Positions 59,017 to 64,000 of a stretch of DNA of 64,000 nt are shown piece by piece. The position numbers and the translations under genes were made by a program. Each line of letters starts with the position of its first letter. Position 1 is the first letter of the stretch. The stretch is from Scyliorhinus canicula (lineage: Eukaryota), in the NCBI RefSeq assembly GCF_902713615.1, contig NC_052158.1, positions 13,264,546-13,328,545 of the forward strand, in the 5' to 3' direction. The notes below the pieces were generated by a model. That model saw only the letters and a list, made by a program, of their open reading frames with translations, did not search any database and had not been told where the DNA came from.

Positions 59017-60008
59017 TGTAGCCACCTAAGATGGACACTGGGCTACAAAATGGAGAACTGCTAAGGCTGCAGGGAAAAACAGTCTCAGCAAGGACAAGCA
59101 GTTTGCAGGAGACTAATTAGCATTCTGCACGTACAGAAACCAGTTTTTGGCCAGGTGCAGAGTTTCAGCCAAAGGTGTAAATGGCAACAAGATCTACATA
59201 GTAATGAGGTGATCCAGATCCAGACTCCGCACAATAGAAACATTTAAGTATCAATAGATACTTTTGAGTAGACGCCCAGACAGAACGGCACCACTGTATC
59301 CAACACAAAGAACCATAGGGACCGCCCACCCATCGAGAAACGACCCTCAGATTGGGGGGTTTGGAAGATATCGATTGGGAAAGGCCCAATCAATACATGG
59401 CAGGTAAAAGGCCCGCCCCGAAGGGGCACGGACTTCTAGGAACTATAAAAGTAGACCCCGCACATGGTTCGGTCTGTTTGGTTCCAGCTCTCTGCTTTGG
59501 CTCCGGCTCTGACTGCTACTTTTGCTCCGGCTCCACTTTGCTGCTACATCGCATCCTGACTCCAGTTCCATCACTAGCCATTGAGCCATCAGCCATCGAA
59601 CTGTAAGTGCCAATACAACGATCGCTACGTGACCCAGACCTTGCTAGATCCTGACAATTTTAAGTACCTGAGAGTTGCAGACCAAGAACGGGACGAAGGC
59701 TTTGCTCCCTGACCTTGCCTGTTCCTGTCTAGATAAGTATTTTAGTTGTTTAGTATTAGAAGTAAGTTAGTCTCTTTAGCATATGCATGTGTGTTTATTA
59801 TATTTGTCATAATAAATATCAATCATTTGGACTTACTAATCGGTGTACAGATTTATTACTTTGAACCTGACCTTGATATACTTGTGAGGTGTCTAAATAC
59901 GGCACCTGGTGACTCCTGAGCATAATTACATGCACAGAGCCATAGTAGTGTTAAGCACACGGCCTTTAAACGGAGGCGTGTTAATACACTCCAGTAAAAC
60001 GAGCAACA
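59017..60008 (+). repeat. 3' LTR (992 nt)
   Basis: Near-identical to 54489-55477; the length difference is explained by the three indels. Confidence 0.95.
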
Positions 60009-60479
60009 GTACTCGCTGGAGTGCCATCACGTGCTTCCTGTAATGTGGCGACCAGTATTGTACACGTTGATTTGGCTTTGGAACAAAGTGCTTTAAAAAT
60101 ATAAATTCTTTCATGGGCTGTGGGCACGTTAGCAAGGCAAACAGTCGTTCCCTATGCATAACTGAACCGAGAGCTGTCATAGGCTATTTCGGAGCCAACC
60201 ACATTGTTGTTGATCTGTAGTCACATGTAGACGTGACCAGATCGACGAATGATAACAGATTCCGTTCCCGAGAAAGGCATTAGTGAACTAGGTGTTTCTT
60301 TCTTTTGCAGCAATCAATGGTAGCTTCATTGGCACCGTTACTTCTAGTAAATGTAAGTGAGCCACATTGAGAGTCTGATTGATTATATTAAATTTGTTAT
60401 CAGTGTAATTCAGGCGCCATTGTGGTATTTCAACCCATGCCACTCGGGCCTAAGCTAAGACATTGAGGTAATCGGTCCA

Positions 60480-60880
60480 ATTACATTCTGATCACAAGAT
60501 CGCCTTTACAGTACCAACATACTCTTCCTGCTTTTAAACTCGAGACTCCAGCTAACAGAAACTGGGATATCTTACTGAAGACATCAAAGCCATCCTTCTG
60601 GATAATGGCTATCCTGATCAGATAATTGTTCGTTATGTGTTTCACAAACTCAAAATGTGTTAAAGGCCAAAGAATCCGGACCGGAATAGTATCACAAATT
60701 ACCCTGGAAGGGTAAGCTAGCTGAAATATTTGAGGCACAAGTGAAGCTTGCTGCTACATGAGGAACATAAGTGTTATTTCCACGAATAAGATACTGCAAT
60801 CAAACCAAAACAATCTTCTGCCCACCATACAAATGAATAATGTGACATATGTGTTTTAGTGCTGGCGTGATGCTACGTAG
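60480..60880 (+). mobile_element. Degenerate Penelope RT/endonuclease fragment
   Basis: Translates EDIKAILLDNGYPDQII and LPWKGKLAEIFEAQVKLA, PLE thumb/linker-like. Confidence 0.6.
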
Positions 60881-60894
60881 GTAGGTTGCACAGC

Positions 60895-61210
60895 ACAGTG
60901 ACTGTAGCACAGTGGTTAGCACAATTGCTTCACAGCACCGGTGTCCTAGGTTCGATTCCCGGCATGGGCCACTATGTGCGCAGAGTCTGCATGTTCTGCA
61001 GGTGTCTGCGTGGGTTTTCTCCGGGCGCTCCGGTTTCCTCCCATAGTCCAAAGATCTGCTGTTAGGTAAATTGGCCGTGCTAAATTGCCCTTAGTATCCA
61101 AAACAAAAGGTTAAGTGGGATTATTGGAATGGGGGATAGGGTGGAGGTGTAAACTTTAGTGGGGTGGATGCTCTTTCCAGGGCCGGAGCAGACTCGATGG
61201 GCCGAATGCA
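60895..61210 (+). mobile_element. HE1/V-SINE
   Basis: Head, V-core and tail. Confidence 0.85.
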
Positions 61211-61229
61211 CTGAATATTTTATAATTGA

Positions 61230-63960
61230 GCCAGTCGGAGGTGGCCCAGCCTGCATGGATGTTGTTCTTGGGGCCAATGCCTGGGCAGTACTGTCGACAT
61301 CGAGATGATGGCTGCCATTGGGAACGATGTGTTGGATGATGCCCTTAGCTCGGTAGTGCAGGTTTTTGGTGCTCACTTTGATGAACTGCAAAATATCCTC
61401 GACAAAATAGTGGAAGCGCAGGAGAAAATATTTTTATTGACAGAACGATTTCCCTGGTGGCTGGCTGCCTTCAGTCCTTGGAAATCCTGCTCCGTGGCGT
61501 GTTGTCTATCCTGGCTGACTGAAAGAATACAGCCGGACAGGGAGCTTTTGTGAGCCAGGTCGAAATGGGCGGCGAATTCCTGACTGATTTTGATAATTGG
61601 TTGCCATGTTTTCGGAAACACGATTTGAAGGCTGGATTTTTCAGTTTCGTCACAGCGCATTGTATCTGCTTCCTGCAGATCTGAGGTTGGTTGGAGGCCC
61701 CAACCAATGGCCTTATGCTGTCCTGTCCTTGATGTTGGTCTAGAGGGCTTGGAGTTGGCAGGTCTTGTCATGTCATCCCTGCCAGCTAGGTTCCTTGCTA
61801 CCTGGGCGTTAGGGAAACAACATGGTGGAGGTGAAGGCACTTCATTCAGTTTAACGGTTGAAGAATCCTGCGTTTTGCCCGACGATCCTGTTATGGTTTC
61901 AGCCTTCAGAGGTGACATGGATAGTGTTATTATCCTGCAGTTCATCAATAATTCTGGACAATATTTCTTGAGATTATGCTGTTGCCTTCATGTTGTTGTC
62001 CTTTCTCCTGACATGGATGGGTGATATTCGAACACAAGGGCAACGCTTATCTATAATGCTGATTTGGCAAAAATCACATTTAGTCGGTAGAGTAATATGT
62101 GGTTTGCGCGTAATCTTGCCCTTTTGTTATGTGCAAAATACTTGTATTTAAGAGGAGCCAGCGTATTTTAGACACCCCTCACCTCCTTTATAGAGAAGCT
62201 GAGTACAGTAATGGCTGGATGGTTGATGTGGTGATAGGTGGTTGGGTTCAATATGTCCTCATTTGGTTTGAGGAAAGCGCGCAGTTACAGCTAATTATGG
62301 TGGTTTCATATAGTGAATCATGAGAATCCGTACTTATCCCCTATGAAGGCCCGGACAGATCATAGGGTAGCACGGTAGCAGGGGCAGCACGGTAACGTAG
62401 TGCTTAGTACTATGGCTTCACAGCACCAGGGTCCCAGATTCGATTCCTGGCTTGGGTCACTGTGCGGAGTCTGCACGTTCTCCCTGTGTTTGCATGGGTT
62501 TCGTCCGGGTGCTCCGGTCTCCTCCCACATGTCCTGAAAGACATGCTATTTGGTAATTTAGACATTCTGAATTCTCCCTCTGTGCACCGGAACAGGCGCC
62601 GGAATGTGGCGACTAGGGGATTTTCACAGTAACTAGGAAACAGAGCAGCGCTGTCTCAACATAGGCAACTTCGGTTTCACAGTAACTTCATTGCAGTGTT
62701 AATGTCAGTCTACTTGTGACAATAAATATTATTCTATTATATGTATCCTGGAGATGATTGGGTTCCTTGTAATTCTTCATTGCCCTTGGCATTTTTGACC
62801 TGATGGATTGGGGGTAATGAGCGGTAGTGTATGCATGGCTGTGGGCAGTTAATTCTTACGTGAGTTGTTCAAGTGAGTGTCTGTATACTATGCCTCTGCA
62901 TTGTTGGAACCCTTCTTCCGGGTCGAGGTAGGCTTGATGGGGGAGTTAATCACCCTCGACCAAGAGGTTTCCTGAGTGCGTTCCTCGTTGTACTGGACGC
63001 AATGTCTTTGCCTATGTTGAGACAGCGCTGCTTTGTTTCCTAGTATCCCCCTTGCTATAGAATACAGTGTTGTTCTGTCTAATAATCCTTAGTTAATTAG
63101 TGTTGCTCCCCTAGAGGGGATTTTAAAAATCTGTATCTGGGTGAGCAGTGTGTCGATATTGGTCCTGTTTTGGTCTTTTGGGTTAAAGGGAGGCCATCTA
63201 ATAATATGGCGGTAGCCGTGGGGGGACTGGGGGGGGGGGGCGGTGGACGACATGGGCCCACCCCCATGTCGCCCAATTAATGGGTGTCATGGATTTTTCT
63301 TCTCTTTGATAGCGGGGTATCCTTAGTTGAGGTCGATGTGACGTTTCTAGTCTGTGGGAGGGAAGGAGGGGCTGATGCGCTGCCTCAGCTGTGGTTAGTG
63401 TGAACTAGGGCCAATAGGTTTTAAGTTCTGATGTGTGCTGGGTGACGTCTAAATGCAAGAATGCGTTGGACTAGGCCACGTCTGGTACAATGATTGAAAC
63501 CACATTCTCCCTTTTGCTTGGGACGTCCCTTCTAGAAAGCACTCATTTGAGACGTCCCGAGAGGCGAAGTCTTGATGTGATTTTGTTACCCTTGGTTTAC
63601 AGATTCTTAGGTGAACGGGGGCGTGAGGTTGGATCATGTCCTGTACTGTGATTGGTATCCTGTTGCCCTCCTTATGTTTGGGATGTTCCTTCCTTTGCAC
63701 GAGATGTCTTTCTTCTTCATTGACATATGGAGTCAGAGAGGTCATTGATATGATGGAGTGTGTGTGCCTGAGGAAGATAGACCGACAGCTGTGCCCTGGT
63801 CCTTTATATCCTGAGACCTGGTAGTTTTCATTTTCTTTATCCTGCCTGGTTTAGCTTGCTGGGAGGTGCTGACCGCAATGACTATAATCCGGATCGGTTG
63901 TGTGAATGTTTACCAGTTCTCTCTGTATAAGTATGAATAATGACAGTTCTGCACTGTGCC
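61230..63960 (-). mobile_element. Old, heavily degraded Penelope-like element, interrupted by HE1
   Basis: Scattered motifs: LVFEYHP, IFSCASTILSRIFC (GIY-YIG upstream motif), YLD...VYR. No long intact ORF. Confidence 0.45.
62380..62738 (+). mobile_element. HE1, gtgacaat-tail subfamily, with a templated insertion
   Basis: Tail interrupted at about 62632-62675. Confidence 0.85.
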
Positions 63961-64000
63961 TCGCATTGGAGTTTTGTTGCGTCTTGTGGTATATGTAAAA

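Larger units (their letters stand above)
54489..60008 (+). mobile_element. Non-autonomous LTR retroelement/ERV (LTR-PBS-gag-spacer-small TM ORF-PPT-LTR)
   Basis: Two ~990-nt TG...CA direct repeats; 4-bp TSD GTAC at 54485-54488 and 60009-60012. The flanks rejoin into one CR1 fragment. No RT/integrase motifs seen. Confidence 0.95.

Noticed and set aside
54832-59606. Duplicated ~82-aa ORFs at 54832 and 59352
   Set aside because: These are the same LTR sequence seen twice, with no coding signature.
2826-60920. Many CACAGTG heptamers suggesting RAG recombination signals near V exons
   Set aside because: They come from the HE1 head (gcacagtggttagc). No nonamer was seen at 12/23 spacing, and both V exons are already joined to J-like sequence.
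2822-62738. Recurring ~60-aa ORFs (...GHCLCGVCTFSPCLRGFPPGAPVSSHSPK...) resembling a Cys-rich gene family
   Set aside because: They are translations of the HE1 SINE V-core.
2730-63240. Numerous poly-G/poly-C runs of 10-25 nt
   Set aside because: Scattered homopolymers, often inside repeats; lengths may be sequencing-dependent and show no organised pattern.
1-64000. CRISPR array, rRNA or bona fide tRNA genes
   Set aside because: None seen; the tRNA-like A/B boxes are all SINE heads.

Overview
Eukaryotic (vertebrate) genomic DNA, almost certainly from a cartilaginous fish. This is inferred from about 28 copies of the elasmobranch HE1/V-SINE, abundant CR1-type LINE remnants and Penelope remnants. 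Core content is a tandem pair of minus-strand genes encoding non-rearranging, germline-joined VJ-type Ig receptors of the NKp30 (NCR3)/CD28 family. I reconstructed their exons from splice sites and phase. Gene A: 28530>28473, 23395>23057, 22054>21923, probable 21589>21543. Gene B: 51436>51379, 47510>47166, 43696>43577. Both have a 58-nt leader exon and a stalk Cys, but their transmembrane exons differ. Gene B matches the TCR-beta TM pattern (GKxxLxxxLV...VK). Gene A resembles the CD28 stalk/TM and is followed by a CxH motif. Two degenerate V-exon candidates (about 35.3-35.5 kb and 53.8-54.2 kb) suggest a decayed larger cluster. A young non-autonomous LTR element lies at 54489-60008, with a GTAC TSD and LTRs about 2% diverged. 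It carries a coiled-coil gag split by a SINE, no pol, a hairpin-rich spacer, and an intact 114-aa small membrane-protein ORF in the env position. Also present are Penelope remnants with hammerhead ribozyme cores (one as a perfect 84-bp fold-back), a templated inverted insertion, serial insertions at one target site, and a possible last exon of an unidentified plus-strand gene near 11.1 kb. All alignments were done by eye, reference sequences are recalled from memory, and repeat boundaries are approximate.
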